Origin: Abditibacterium sp.
GTDB taxonomy: Bacteria; Armatimonadota; Abditibacteriia; Abditibacteriales; Abditibacteriaceae
Assembly: GCA_965246885.1 (NCBI GenBank)
Contig: OZ251992.1
Location: 704,001-768,000, forward strand
Length of the DNA: 64,000 nucleotides
Direction: 5' to 3'
Below, piece after piece: positions 28,083 to 38,582 of this stretch; positions within the stretch are counted from its first letter, which is position 1, and each line of letters begins with the position of its first letter. Under the pieces are notes generated by a model. It was not told the origin of the DNA. It made no database searches and worked only from the letters and a program-made list of their open reading frames with translations. A program made the translations under genes and the position numbers.

Positions 28083-29776
28083 CCCGTTAGTTGGGTCAGC
28101 TCGCGCAGCAACGCCATCGGGGTGAGGGGTTTAGCGAGGTGGGCGTTGAAGCCCGCGTTGTGGGCACGCTCGCGGTCGGTCGCGCCCGCATATGCGGTGA
28201 GGGCGAGGGCGGGCAAGCGCTGAAACGACGAGGGCGTTTGGCGAATGCGTTCCATCAGTTGATAGCCGTTTTCGCTTGGCATCCCGATATCCGATACCAG
28301 CACGTCCGGCTTCCACTCTTGCAGCACGCCCCATGCTTCTCCCACCGAAGCGGCGGCGCGCGTTTGGGCGCCGTGCATTTTGAGGATCGTCGTGACCAAG
28401 GCGCGCGCTTCGGGTTCGTCGTCCACCACCAACACGCGCAAATCCCGCAACGCGCCGCCTTGGGTTGGGGGCGCGGCGTGCGCTTCCTCTTTGTGCCCTT
28501 CGGCAACGGCGCGAATGGGAAGCGACACGGTGAACTTGGCGCCGCGACCCAACCCCTCGCTTTCGACGCGCACCGTGCCGCCGTGCATTTCGACCAAATG
28601 GCGCACGATGGACAAGCCCAGCCCCAATCCGCCGTGCGCGCGGGTCATGGACGAGTCGGCTTGGCGGAAGCGGTCGAAGACGTGCGGCAAAAACTCCGGC
28701 GCGATGCCCTCGCCGGAATCTTGCACTTCGATGACGCTCGTCGAATGGTCGCGGCGCAGCGTAAGACGCACTTCGCCGCTCTTGGGCGTGAACTTGATGG
28801 CGTTGCTCAAAAGGTTCCACACCACCTGCTGCAAGCGCGCGGCGTCGCCCAACACGAGGGCGTCTTTGTCTTCGATGTCGAGCGCCAAGCGGACGTTTTT
28901 GGCACGCGCGGCGGGTTCGGCGGAAGTGTAGGCCGCCGACACGACGGGCGCCAACTCAAGTGGCATGGACTCGATGACCATTTTGCCCGTGATGATGCGC
29001 GAGACTTCCAGAATGTCGTCCACCAAGCGCGTTTGCGCCCAGCAGTTGCGCTCGATGGATTCTAAGGCTTGCTCGCGCGCTCCGTCGTCCAACTGGCCAG
29101 AGCGAAGCAGGCTCGACCAGCCGACAATGACGTTGAGCGGCGTGCGCAACTCGTGCGAGAGCGTCATCAAGAACTCGTCCTTGGCGCGGTTGTTCCCCTC
29201 GGCTTCTTCGCGCAATCGTTCGGCTTCGCCGCGCGCAGATTCGGCTTCGCGGCGGGCCTCTTGTTCGCTACGCAGGAGGTCGTCCTTTTGGGCGTTGAGC
29301 AAGTGCAACTCTGCCGTGCGCGCGCGCACTTCGCCTTCTAACTCGTCGGGGCTACGCATGGAGAGGGCGCGTGGAATGGCGGGCGCCAGCGCCAGAACAG
29401 TGGCCCACGACACAACGGCAGTGACGAATTTGATTAGCCCAGCCAAGCGGTAGACCGGGTGGTAGAACATTACGATGTCCATAAAATGCGTCGTGCCGCA
29501 GGAAACGATGAACATCCCGAAGAGAATGAACAAGCTGCGAAACGGCAAAGTCGCTTTGCGCCGGAACACGAAATACAGCAGCACTACAGGGATGGCGAGG
29601 TAGGCGGCCCAGATAGCGAAGTCGGAAGCGTTGTGCAGCCAGATTTCGCCGGGTGTCCAAATCCCGCACACGCGACGGGGCATATACCCGTCGGTGGAAA
29701 AGAGGTTGCGCCAAAACCCCGGCGAGGAGAGTGGGTGAACGGGCGGCATCCCGTCAGAGGAAGGCATCGGAGGCAT
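28067..29776 (-). CDS. Hybrid histidine kinase with ETR1-type ethylene-binding domain (EBD-HisKA-HATPase-REC)
   Basis: SDFAIWAAYLAIP, FIVSCGTTH, LIKFVTAVVS; LSHELRTPL, NLLSNAIKFT, GGLGLGL, REC; GAGGAG RBS before ATG 29776. Confidence 0.9.
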   Translation of the reverse strand: MPPMPSSDGMPPVHPLSSPGFWRNLFSTDGYMPRRVCGIWTPGEIWLHNASDFAIWAAYLAIPVVLLYFVFRRKATLPFRSLFILFGMFIVSCGTTHFMDIVMFYHPVYRLAGLIKFVTAVVSWATVLALAPAIPRALSMRSPDELEGEVRARTAELHLLNAQKDDLLRSEQEARREAESARGEAERLREEAEGNNRAKDEFLMTLSHELRTPLNVIVGWSSLLRSGQLDDGAREQALESIERNCWAQTRLVDDILEVSRIITGKMVIESMPLELAPVVSAAYTSAEPAARAKNVRLALDIEDKDALVLGDAARLQQVVWNLLSNAIKFTPKSGEVRLTLRRDHSTSVIEVQDSGEGIAPEFLPHVFDRFRQADSSMTRAHGGLGLGLSIVRHLVEMHGGTVRVESEGLGRGAKFTVSLPIRAVAEGHKEEAHAAPPTQGGALRDLRVLVVDDEPEARALVTTILKMHGAQTRAAASVGEAWGVLQEWKPDVLVSDIGMPSENGYQLMERIRQTPSSFQRLPALALTAYAGATDRERAHNAGFNAHLAKPLTPMALLRELTQLTGRADG

Positions 29777-29870
29777 AATAACTCCTCTTAGTATCCGGCA
29801 CACGCTTGCCACTCGTTCGTCTTTTTGGGTGACGACAAGCGGCTCAACCGGTCAAACTTCGCTTGCTTTT

Positions 29871-31070
29871 ATGAACTTCCGTCGCTTTGGCCGCACCGAC
29901 CTTCAGATGTCCGTCTTCTCGTGTGGGGGGATGCGCTACCAGCAAGCATGGAGCGAACTCGCCCCCGATGCCATCGAACCCGATAACCAAGCCAACCTCG
30001 AAGCGTGCATCCATCGCGCTCTTGAAGTCGGTATTAACCACATCGAGACCGCGCGCGGCTACGGCTCCTCCGAGATGCAACTGGGCCGGATTTTGCCCTC
30101 GCTTCCCCGCGAAACGCTCATTGTGCAAACCAAAGTGGGGCCAAGCGAAGACCCGCAGGCGTTTGTGGAGAACTTTGAGAAGTCGCTGTCTCTGCTTAGG
30201 TTGGAGTATGTGGACTTGCTGGCCTTTCACGGCATCAACACTCCCGAAATCCTCGATTGGGTGATACGCAAAGGCGGGTGTTTGGACGTGGTGCGCCGCC
30301 TTCAGAAGGAGGGCCGCGTCCGCTTTGTAGGGTTTTCGACGCACGGGCCAACGGACACCATCGCCAAGGCGTGCGCGACGGGCGAGTTCGACTACTTCAA
30401 CCTGCATTACTATTACGTCAACCCGTTCAATTGGCCCGCCATACAGGAAGCGAAGCGGCAGGACATGGGCACGTTCATCATCTCGCCCACCGATAAGGGC
30501 GGGCAACTGCAAAGCCCGTCGGACAAGATGTGCGGGTTGTGCGCGCCGCTTTCGCCGATGCAGTTCAACGACCTGTGGTGTCTGAACCACCCGGAAATTC
30601 ATACGCTCTCCATTGGCGCGGCGCAGCCCTCGGACTTCGAGGAGCACGTCGCCGCGCTCGCGCATTATGACGACATTCCCGCCATTGTTGCTCCCATCGA
30701 GGCGCGCCTGCGGGAGGAAATCGCGCGCACTTTTGGCGACGACTGGGCCGCGCAGTGGAACACCGCGCTCCCGCAACACCCCGAAATGCCGCACGGCTAT
30801 AACGCCGGAGAGATTTTGCGCTTGCTCACGTACGGCAAGTCGCTCGACCTCATGGAGTGGGCGGAGGGCCGCTACCGCATGATGACGGGCGACGACCATT
30901 GGGTGCCCGGCGCGCACGGCGGCGCCTTGGGCGAGGACGAGGACAAGTGGGCCAAAGTCTTCGATGCCCTGAAAGCGCACCCCCTCGCCGCGCAAATTCC
31001 CGCGCGCTTGCGCGAAGCGCACGACCTGTTTGGCGGCGAGGAAAAGAAGCGGCTCTCGCAAGGCGGTTAA
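29871..31070 (+). CDS. Aldo/keto reductase family protein
   Basis: FRRFGRT, GINHIETARGYGSSE, QTK, VGFSTHG. Confidence 0.9.
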   Translation: MNFRRFGRTDLQMSVFSCGGMRYQQAWSELAPDAIEPDNQANLEACIHRALEVGINHIETARGYGSSEMQLGRILPSLPRETLIVQTKVGPSEDPQAFVENFEKSLSLLRLEYVDLLAFHGINTPEILDWVIRKGGCLDVVRRLQKEGRVRFVGFSTHGPTDTIAKACATGEFDYFNLHYYYVNPFNWPAIQEAKRQDMGTFIISPTDKGGQLQSPSDKMCGLCAPLSPMQFNDLWCLNHPEIHTLSIGAAQPSDFEEHVAALAHYDDIPAIVAPIEARLREEIARTFGDDWAAQWNTALPQHPEMPHGYNAGEILRLLTYGKSLDLMEWAEGRYRMMTGDDHWVPGAHGGALGEDEDKWAKVFDALKAHPLAAQIPARLREAHDLFGGEEKKRLSQGG

Positions 31071-31088
31071 ATCGGGTGCGGCGTCGGT

Positions 31089-32237
31089 TCACGCCAAGAC
31101 GGAGCGATACAACTCCAACACGCGGCGCGCGTGGTCGGGCCACGAGTAAGTTTGCGCCCGCTTTGGCCCCTCGAAGCGCAGTTTGGCTTCTAATTCGGGC
31201 GAGGTGACGAGGGTTTCGATGGCGGCAGCGAGCGCTTCGGGGCTGCCGTCTTCGGCCAATACGCCCGCGTCGGCGACGACCTCAGGAACGGCGCCCCCGG
31301 CCTTGGAACCGACGACGGGCACGCCCATCGCCATCGCTTCTTGCGGCGGCATGCCAAAACCCTCGTAAATTGAGGGGAAGACTAACCCTTTGGACGCGCG
31401 CATCACCGATGGAAGCGTATCGCGGCTTAGATAGCCGGGGGCGAGTGTGCGCGGCACATCGCGCTCTTGGACAAGCGAGACCAACGCTTGCGGCCCGGCC
31501 AACACCAGCAACAATTCGGGGTGTTTGGGCGCCACGATGCGCCACGCTTCTAAAAGCGCCGGGATGTTCTTGCGCTGCGAAGCGCCGCCCGCGTAGATCA
31601 GAAATTGGCTCTCGATGCCAATTTCGCGTAGCGTCGCTTCGTCCGCAACGGGCACGTCGAGATTGAAGCGGTCGTGCTCCAAGCCGTAGGGGATAACCTC
31701 GACGCGGCTTGGCTCGACTTCGAGCAGTTCGACGATTTCGCGCTTGGCAAATTCCGACGGCGTCATGATGAGGCGGGCGTTGCGCGCCGCATCTTTCGAC
31801 CAGCGCGGCAGCCGTCCTTCGTCGGAAAAGCGGGCGGGGGGCAGGTCGTGGATGGTGTAGATGGCCGGTTTGTTGGTGGGGGCCGCGAAGGTGAGCGCGA
31901 GGGAGTGGAACAGGTCGGGCGCCACCCACGCGCCTTTTTTGAGCGAACTGCTGCTGCGCGAGAAGCGGGCGTTGGCGAGGGCGCGCACGACCGGGTAGGG
32001 CGCGTCGAGCAAGCGCGCGTTGGCGATGCCTAAACTGTCCCGCGCGGCGAAATCGGGGTGTTGCGAGGGGTCGGCCCGCCACATCTCTTCGGAAATGCGG
32101 CCATCGCTGGTAAAGGCGAACTGCCACTGGGCGCGGCTCGATTCGCTCATGAGGTGCGAAATCAGCAGCCGTTCGTAATGCCCCATGCCCATGCGGGGGC
32201 CGGGGCGGTTTTGCGAGAGAAAATGAACGCGAGGCAT
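31089..32237 (-). CDS. Glycosyltransferase family 4
   Basis: TIHDL, RKNIPALL, FPSIYEGFGMPPQEAMAMGVPVV. Confidence 0.93.
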   Translation of the reverse strand: MPRVHFLSQNRPGPRMGMGHYERLLISHLMSESSRAQWQFAFTSDGRISEEMWRADPSQHPDFAARDSLGIANARLLDAPYPVVRALANARFSRSSSSLKKGAWVAPDLFHSLALTFAAPTNKPAIYTIHDLPPARFSDEGRLPRWSKDAARNARLIMTPSEFAKREIVELLEVEPSRVEVIPYGLEHDRFNLDVPVADEATLREIGIESQFLIYAGGASQRKNIPALLEAWRIVAPKHPELLLVLAGPQALVSLVQERDVPRTLAPGYLSRDTLPSVMRASKGLVFPSIYEGFGMPPQEAMAMGVPVVGSKAGGAVPEVVADAGVLAEDGSPEALAAAIETLVTSPELEAKLRFEGPKRAQTYSWPDHARRVLELYRSVLA

Positions 32238-32369
32238 TAACTTCTTATAGGCTACTGGGTGCGCGTTCAAAGCGCGTCGCGCGGTGCGAGAAAGCCGACA
32301 TTCTTTCCGTTCCTTGGCTCCGCTTCTGCGTCCATTCCGTGTTCCTTGAAACACCCTTGCCAACTCGCT

Positions 32370-33842
32370 ATGACAGACGAAATCCTTGCGCGCGCTTTGC
32401 ACTCGACCGGCACCTTAACGCGCGAACAACTTCAAGCGGCGGCGCACGATCGCGGCCCTCAGGAGCGCTTGGGGCATACCCTGATTCGCATGGGTTTGCT
32501 GACCCCGGCCCAATTGGGGCGCATCACGTCGGGCCATTTTGAAAGCAACGGGCACCTTCCCCAGTCGTCGGAGCAAGCTCCGACGACGCCCAAGCCCGCT
32601 CCTGAAGTCGTCGAAGACTTGACCTCGCTGCCGCTTTTCGTGGTCGGCAGCGACGACTCCACCGACGCGGCTCAAGCGCCCGTTGTGCGCTACGCCAACG
32701 AACTGTTGCGCTACGCCATCACCTTGGGCGCCTCCGACGTCCACTTTGAGCCGCAACCCGATGGACTTTTGCCGCGTTACCGCATAGACGGCGCCTTGCA
32801 AGCGGGCCAACTGCTGCCGGTTGAACTCTCTTTGCCCATCTTGTCTCGCTTTAAGGTGCTGGCGAACCTCGACATCACCGAGCAACGCATGCCTCAAGAC
32901 GGGCGCTTCCGCGTTACCATCGGGAGCAAAACCATTGACTTCCGCGTTTCCAGTCTTCCCTCGTTGCACGGCGAAAAGATCGTCCTGCGCTTGCTCAATC
33001 ACTCCTCCTTGGAAACCGATTTGGGCCGCTTGGGGTTCGCGCGCCGCCACAAAGCGCAGTTCGAGAAGATGCTGAGTCGCTCGCACGGCATGATTTTAGT
33101 CACCGGCCCGACCGGTTCGGGCAAAACCACCACTCTTTATGCCGCCCTTGGCGCCGCCCGCGACGACACCAAGAACGTCATGACCATTGAAGACCCGGTC
33201 GAATACGAACTGGCGGGCATCACCCAAACTTCCATTCAAGCCGACATCGGTCTTACCTTCGCCCGCGTCCTGCGCGCCGCGCTGCGCCAAGACCCCGACG
33301 TGGTGCTCGTCGGCGAGATACGCGACGAAGAAACCGCCGACATCGCCGTGCGCGCCGCGCTGACGGGGCACTTGTTGCTTTCGACCATCCACACCAATTC
33401 GGCGATTGGCACCATTGGGCGTCTGCGGGATATGGGCGTTCCGTCCTACTTGCTCGCCTCTTCAATGGCGGGCATTCTCGCGCAACGCTTGGCGCGGCTC
33501 ACTTGCCGCTCGTGCCGGGTCATTGCCGCGCCGGACGACCCGCGCCGGACGGAGTGGGCGCAGTTCTTCGACTTGCCCGCCGATGCCCCCTTTCAAATCG
33601 GCGCCGGTTGCGACAAGTGCCGGGGCAAGGGCACGCGGGGCCGCGTCGCCATCATCGAGATATTGGAAATTGACTCCGCCCTGCGCCGCGCCATCAGTTC
33701 GGACGAAGACGCCGAATCGCTGCGCGACCGCGCGCGCTCCGAGGGCTTTCTCTCTCTCATGGACGACGCCCGCGACAAAATCCTCGCCGGGTTCCTATCT
33801 CCCGAAGAAGCCATGAAGGTGCTGATGGGGCACGAAGAGTGA
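32370..33842 (+). CDS. GspE/PilB-family secretion/pilus ATPase
   Basis: ASDVHFEP, PQDGR, GPTGSGKTTT, IEDPVEY, LRQDPD, TGHLLLSTIHTN, CxxC...CxxC. Confidence 0.95.
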   Translation: MTDEILARALHSTGTLTREQLQAAAHDRGPQERLGHTLIRMGLLTPAQLGRITSGHFESNGHLPQSSEQAPTTPKPAPEVVEDLTSLPLFVVGSDDSTDAAQAPVVRYANELLRYAITLGASDVHFEPQPDGLLPRYRIDGALQAGQLLPVELSLPILSRFKVLANLDITEQRMPQDGRFRVTIGSKTIDFRVSSLPSLHGEKIVLRLLNHSSLETDLGRLGFARRHKAQFEKMLSRSHGMILVTGPTGSGKTTTLYAALGAARDDTKNVMTIEDPVEYELAGITQTSIQADIGLTFARVLRAALRQDPDVVLVGEIRDEETADIAVRAALTGHLLLSTIHTNSAIGTIGRLRDMGVPSYLLASSMAGILAQRLARLTCRSCRVIAAPDDPRRTEWAQFFDLPADAPFQIGAGCDKCRGKGTRGRVAIIEILEIDSALRRAISSDEDAESLRDRARSEGFLSLMDDARDKILAGFLSPEEAMKVLMGHEE

Positions 33843-33870
33843 CGTGGGGCCTCCTATAAACTCGCGCCCC

Positions 33871-34536
33871 ATGCCTTCCACTCCGCACGGCCTGCCGCGC
33901 GCTTATCGCTTGACGTTCCCGCTCTACTACGCCTTTATCCGCACGCTTACGCGCGCCATGTGCCCACGCTTTCGGGTGACGGGGCGCGCGAATGTGCCCT
34001 ATCGGGGGCCGGTCATCTTCGCGCCCAATCACTTGTCCGACTTCGACCCGCCCCTGATTGGCGCGGCGGCGCGCTACCCGCTTTGTTACATGGCCAAGCG
34101 AGCGCTGTGGGAGGTGGGTTGGCTCGGCAAACTGCTGACGTTCATGGGCTGTATTCCCGTTGACCCCGGCTCGCCCGACCGCGCCGCGCTTAAAGCGTGC
34201 CGCGCCATGCTCGACGCGGGCGAGTCGGTGGTGGTGTTTCCCGAAGGCAAAATCTCTGAGAACAGTGAGACCGGGCCACTGCTTCCGGGCACGGTCGCGC
34301 TCGCGCTGGGCGCGCGGGTGCCGATTATTCCCGTTGGCATTTGGGGCGTGCAATACGCCTTGCCCTATGGAGAGGTTCTCCCGCGCCCCACGTTCGAGCG
34401 CGTGCGCCTGCATTTCGGCGCGCCGCTTCGCTTTGACGACCTGCAAGAGTTGCAGGGCCGCGCAGCGCGCGAGGCGGCGCTCGACCGCTTGGAAACGGCG
34501 CTGCACGCGGCGATAGAAGTGGCCAAGCGAGGGTAA
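33871..34536 (+). CDS. plsC: 1-acyl-sn-glycerol-3-phosphate acyltransferase
   Basis: NHLSDFD, YMAKRAL, FPEG, PIIPVGI; GTG at 33844 is an alternative start. Confidence 0.9.
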   Translation: MPSTPHGLPRAYRLTFPLYYAFIRTLTRAMCPRFRVTGRANVPYRGPVIFAPNHLSDFDPPLIGAAARYPLCYMAKRALWEVGWLGKLLTFMGCIPVDPGSPDRAALKACRAMLDAGESVVVFPEGKISENSETGPLLPGTVALALGARVPIIPVGIWGVQYALPYGEVLPRPTFERVRLHFGAPLRFDDLQELQGRAAREAALDRLETALHAAIEVAKRG

Positions 34537-34597
34537 GGTGACAAACCAAAACCCGCGACGAGATTCGGCGCGGGCTTTGGGGGTTGGGGCCTTCGGT

Positions 34598-35356
34598 TTA
34601 CTTGCCGAAGGTGTAGCCGACTTGGACGAAGATGCGGCCATCGTTACCCGCGAAGCCCGAACGCTGGATGCCGACGGTGGCCCCGAACGGTTGCTCGGCG
34701 GCGCGATAGCGCAGACCAAGCGAGTAGGGCGCGCTGCCGCCCTTGATGGTCTTGGTGCCAAATTCGCCGACGGCCTGCACTTCACCGGTGCGGGTTAGGG
34801 GCACTTCGGCGCCCGCGAAAACGGAGGCGCGGTTGGTGCTACCGCTGAACCCCTTGACTTGATAGTGGTCGTAGCGCACGCCCAAATGACCGATGATGCT
34901 GGGGTTGGTCTCGTTGGTGGCGTTGCCAAAGGACTTGGACGCGACGAGGTAGCCGCGCGTGTTTTGCAAGGTGGTGACTTCCGAATAGCCAACGCCAGCC
35001 GCCAAACGCACGCCGAGCTTGTCGGTTTCGCGGGTGAACAAATACTTGGCGCCCACGCTGAAGCGGGTTTTGGAGCCGGAGCTAACGCCATTGGCATCGA
35101 GGTAGTTGACGGCGCCGTTGATTTCAAACGGAGCTTTGGCCGACGGGCGCACCGCGACGCCGACGGAGTAGAAGTTGGTGGAGCTACCCAGATCGTAATA
35201 GTTGCCCTGCAAGCGGACGCCGCCTTGTTGGGGCACTTGGGCGGTGGGGTTGATGGGCAAGCCGACTTCGCCGTTGTAGTTGAGGTCGGCGTGTGCGAGG
35301 CCGGACGTTCCGGCGATGGTGAGCGTCGCCAAGGCGACTTTGAAGATGGTCTTCAT
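34598..35356 (-). CDS. Outer-membrane beta-barrel-like protein
   Basis: Signal peptide ending AHA; GEVGLPINPTA; alternating amphipathic strands; C-terminal VQVGYTF. Confidence 0.7.
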   Translation of the reverse strand: MKTIFKVALATLTIAGTSGLAHADLNYNGEVGLPINPTAQVPQQGGVRLQGNYYDLGSSTNFYSVGVAVRPSAKAPFEINGAVNYLDANGVSSGSKTRFSVGAKYLFTRETDKLGVRLAAGVGYSEVTTLQNTRGYLVASKSFGNATNETNPSIIGHLGVRYDHYQVKGFSGSTNRASVFAGAEVPLTRTGEVQAVGEFGTKTIKGGSAPYSLGLRYRAAEQPFGATVGIQRSGFAGNDGRIFVQVGYTFGK

Positions 35357-35566
35357 GGTGAGAAATCCGCGCGCGTCGGCTTTTGCCCTACCGTTTTCCT
35401 TTGGTTTCATGCCTCGATAAAGCGGTGCAGTGTCCACGTTTCCTACACCAATATCGAAGCGCTCACCTCGCGGAACGTGCGGCTGGGCGTAAAGCGTTCG
35501 CAATGCGGATGAAACAATTTTGATTGTCTTGCGGTGATTCGTCAAGTTTGGCGCCTGAACGCCCTC

Positions 35567-36196
35567 TCAATCAATGGAAATGACGACGTGCTCGCTCGAC
35601 TTGCAGTTGGGACAGACCATCTTGATGTTGCCCCACAAATCCTCCTTCTCGAACTGCGCGCGCGGGGCTTGGTGGCCGCACAAATCGCACGCAGCCCAGC
35701 CCGGAGCGAGGGCGCCCGTGCTTTCCTCGTCCTCGACGGGCAGGCCAAAGGGGTTCTCGTAAACCTTGGGCGGGGCGTTGTAACGGTAGGCGCGCCGCAA
35801 ATGCGCCACGACGCGCGCCATCAGTGCGGCAGGGCGCAAGGGGAGCGCGAGATAGTCATCGGCCCCGGTTTTCAGCGCGGCGATTTCGCTGGATTCTTGG
35901 CCTGCGCCCATCATCACGACCGGAACGCCCGATGCTTCGCGCACCCATTTGCAAAAAGCGAGGCCGTCCATTCCCGCACTGTTTGCTTCGCATAGCAGTA
36001 AGTGCGGCTGCAAGTCAGCAAAGAGGTGTTGTCCTGCGACGAACTCGCTTGCGTGGTGGCAATCGAATCCGGTGCGCGCCAGATGCCCCAACAGTTGCGC
36101 GGCAAATTCGGCGTCGTCTTCTAACAAGAGGATGCGAAAGCGGTTATCGGGCGGCGCGGCGGGTAGAACGAGGGAGGTGGAAGAAGCGATGGCCAT
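35567..36196 (-). CDS. Atypical response regulator: pseudo-REC plus C-terminal zinc ribbon
   Basis: RILLLEDD, GMDG, GADDYL, ARVVAHLRR; then CDLC-X17-CPNC. Confidence 0.85.
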   Translation of the reverse strand: MAIASSTSLVLPAAPPDNRFRILLLEDDAEFAAQLLGHLARTGFDCHHASEFVAGQHLFADLQPHLLLCEANSAGMDGLAFCKWVREASGVPVVMMGAGQESSEIAALKTGADDYLALPLRPAALMARVVAHLRRAYRYNAPPKVYENPFGLPVEDEESTGALAPGWAACDLCGHQAPRAQFEKEDLWGNIKMVCPNCKSSEHVVISID

Positions 36197-36295
36197 TGCA
36201 GATGAGACAAGCAGGAGACGCGCCGCCCCGCCGGACTACGGTGGAATTGTGTCAAAGCCCGCCGCGCCGTCTGGGAAGCGCGCCGTCCGAGGGGC

Positions 36296-37448
36296 ATGCC
36301 CTTGACGGCGCTTTCTCCAACGACGGAAAGAGTTCCTTCGCCACGCACGAACCGGGCGGCTTTGCCAGCATGGACTTCGGCCATGCACGACGCGTGGCGT
36401 TCCTCCATATCAAGGGTGGCGACGACTGGGACGGCGCGAAACTGCAAGGCGCGGGCGACGCGAACGGGCCTTGGACGGACTTGTTCTCCCCAAATACTCG
36501 CCCAAAGGCTGGCCCGACCAGAGGATCACCGTCAACGATTCGACGCCCTTCCGCTTCTTGCGCTACCTGAGCGGGCCGGGCAACAGCTTCAGCCTCAGCT
36601 ACTTCGACCCCCTACACCCTGAGCGCCTCCGCCAAGGGCTGCGTGCTCAAGTTCTCGCCCGACGGTTGCCAGTTAACCACCCTTGACATCGAGAACGCCT
36701 CCGCCGTCGCGTGGGACGCCCACAACAAGCGCCTCCGCACAACGCGGGCTATATGGGCCGGGGCGCTTCGACGAGATTCGCGGCATCGGCGTGCATATGG
36801 GCGGCAACGTCTATGTCGGCATGGTCGGCTCGTATGGCGTAGACCAAACGCGCTTGGAAGCCTACACCCCCAACGGCAAGCAGTTATTGAAGATGATGGG
36901 GCTTGGCTTCGAGAACCACTGCGCCGTATCCCCGTCGCCTTTTTCGCGGGCCTCAACACCGGCTCCACTTGGCCGCCCAACCCCTTGGCGTCGGGCGCTT
37001 TTGTGGAACGCCCTGAACTGCGACGGCAAGTTTCAAGGCGACGAGTACGAGAAGACTGACTCCTATCCCGCGCCTTTTGCTGCCACCAATACCACCCAAA
37101 GCATCGGCTACGACAACGCCAGCCGCGCCCTTTTCGTGGCCGGTTTTACGCCCGACCTCAAGAACAGCGTCGGCGGCAAGCAGGGCTTTGGCCGCGTCTT
37201 GGTGCGTTACGCCGTCGCGGGCAACAAGGTCGAGCGCATGGATCACTTCCTTTCTGGACTGGGGCGAGTGGAAGGAGATCGGCCTTCTTCGCACCCCCAA
37301 CGCTGCTTCTTACGCCGACGCAAACCTCAAGACTGGCCAGAAATACGCCTACCGCTTGCGCGCTTACAGCATGGGCCAAGGGCACGGCGGCAGCGACTAC
37401 ACGGCCAGCGTCTTTATCCAAGCGGGACAGGAAGATGCAAAGAAGTAG
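36296..37448 (+). pseudogene. Fragmented remnant of a large secreted protein (discoidin-like, propeller-like and Fn3 pieces)
   Basis: Protein-like segments hop between frames: KLQGAGDANGPWTDL / TPFRFLRYLSGPG / GPGRFDEIRGIGV / YDNASRALFVAGFT / SYADANLKTGQKYAYRLRA. Confidence 0.7.
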
Positions 37449-37481
37449 ACCGCGTCGCGCACCCTAAGCTCTCTTGCTAAA

Positions 37482-38564
37482 ATGACGGATATGAATTCAT
37501 CTTCAGTGCGTGTTGGCTTCATAGGCACCGGGCGGGCGGACGTAGCCCGCAGTGGCAAGGGCTACGCGATGGCGCACGAGCATGCGCGCGGCTACGGAGC
37601 GTTGCCGCAGTGTCAGCTAACGGCCTGCGCCGACATCGTCGAGGACAACGCGCGCGCCTTCGCCGACAAGTTCGGCGTTCCCGGCGTATACACAAGCTAC
37701 GACGAGATGCTCCAGCACGAGCAATTGGACATCGTGAGCATTTGCACGTGGCCGTTCTTGCACGCGCCGATGACCATCGCCGCTTGCCGTGCTGGGGTGC
37801 GCGCCGTTCACTGCGAAAAGCCGATGGCGCTCACCCTTGGCGACGCGCATGCCATGAGCGACGCCGCGCAAGCAAGCGGCACGAAGCTAACATTCAACCA
37901 TCAGCGCCGCTTCGGGCGCCTCTTCGTTGCCGTCAAGGAACTTGTCGAAGGCGGCGCCATCGGCCAATTGAAGCGCATCGAAGCCTCGTGCGGGGACTTG
38001 TATGACTTTGGCACGCACTGGGTAGACATGATGTGCTTTTGGAACCGCGAAACCCCCGGCGAGTGGGTGATGGCGCAAATAGACCGCGCCAGCGACAAGC
38101 GCGTCTTCGGCGCGCCCGTCGAAACATCCGCTGTCTGCTTGTTCGGCTTCGCCAATGGCGTCGAGGGGTTGGTGCTAACCGGCGACGACGCCCAAACGCG
38201 CCCCGCCTTCACCTTGCACGGCGACAAGGGCCACATCGTCGTCAACTGGGGCGGCGAGCGCGGCCCCATCGTCGAACTGCACCCGCTTGGCGGCGCGGTG
38301 CAAGCCGTTGAGGTCGGCGACGACCACTTGCACGGCCCCGGCTACGTCGAGCGCGCCATCGCCGACGCCGTGCGCTGCTTGCAAAGCGGCGAGGAATCCC
38401 AAATGTCGGCGCGCCACGCCCTTCATGCGACGGAGATCGTCTTCGGCGCCTACGAGTCGTCGCGGCGCCGGGGCCGCGTCGCCCTGCCGTCGGGTGTTTC
38501 CGACTCGCCCCTGCTTTCGATGATCGAGGGTGGCCAACTGCCCGAAGTCCCACCCGCCGAATAA
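37482..38564 (+). CDS. Gfo/Idh/MocA oxidoreductase
   Basis: VGFIGTG, DIVSICT, HCEKPMA, NHQRRF, DFGTHWVD. Confidence 0.92.
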   Translation: MTDMNSSSVRVGFIGTGRADVARSGKGYAMAHEHARGYGALPQCQLTACADIVEDNARAFADKFGVPGVYTSYDEMLQHEQLDIVSICTWPFLHAPMTIAACRAGVRAVHCEKPMALTLGDAHAMSDAAQASGTKLTFNHQRRFGRLFVAVKELVEGGAIGQLKRIEASCGDLYDFGTHWVDMMCFWNRETPGEWVMAQIDRASDKRVFGAPVETSAVCLFGFANGVEGLVLTGDDAQTRPAFTLHGDKGHIVVNWGGERGPIVELHPLGGAVQAVEVGDDHLHGPGYVERAIADAVRCLQSGEESQMSARHALHATEIVFGAYESSRRRGRVALPSGVSDSPLLSMIEGGQLPEVPPAE

Positions 38565-38582
38565 GGAAGAACAAGCACCACC

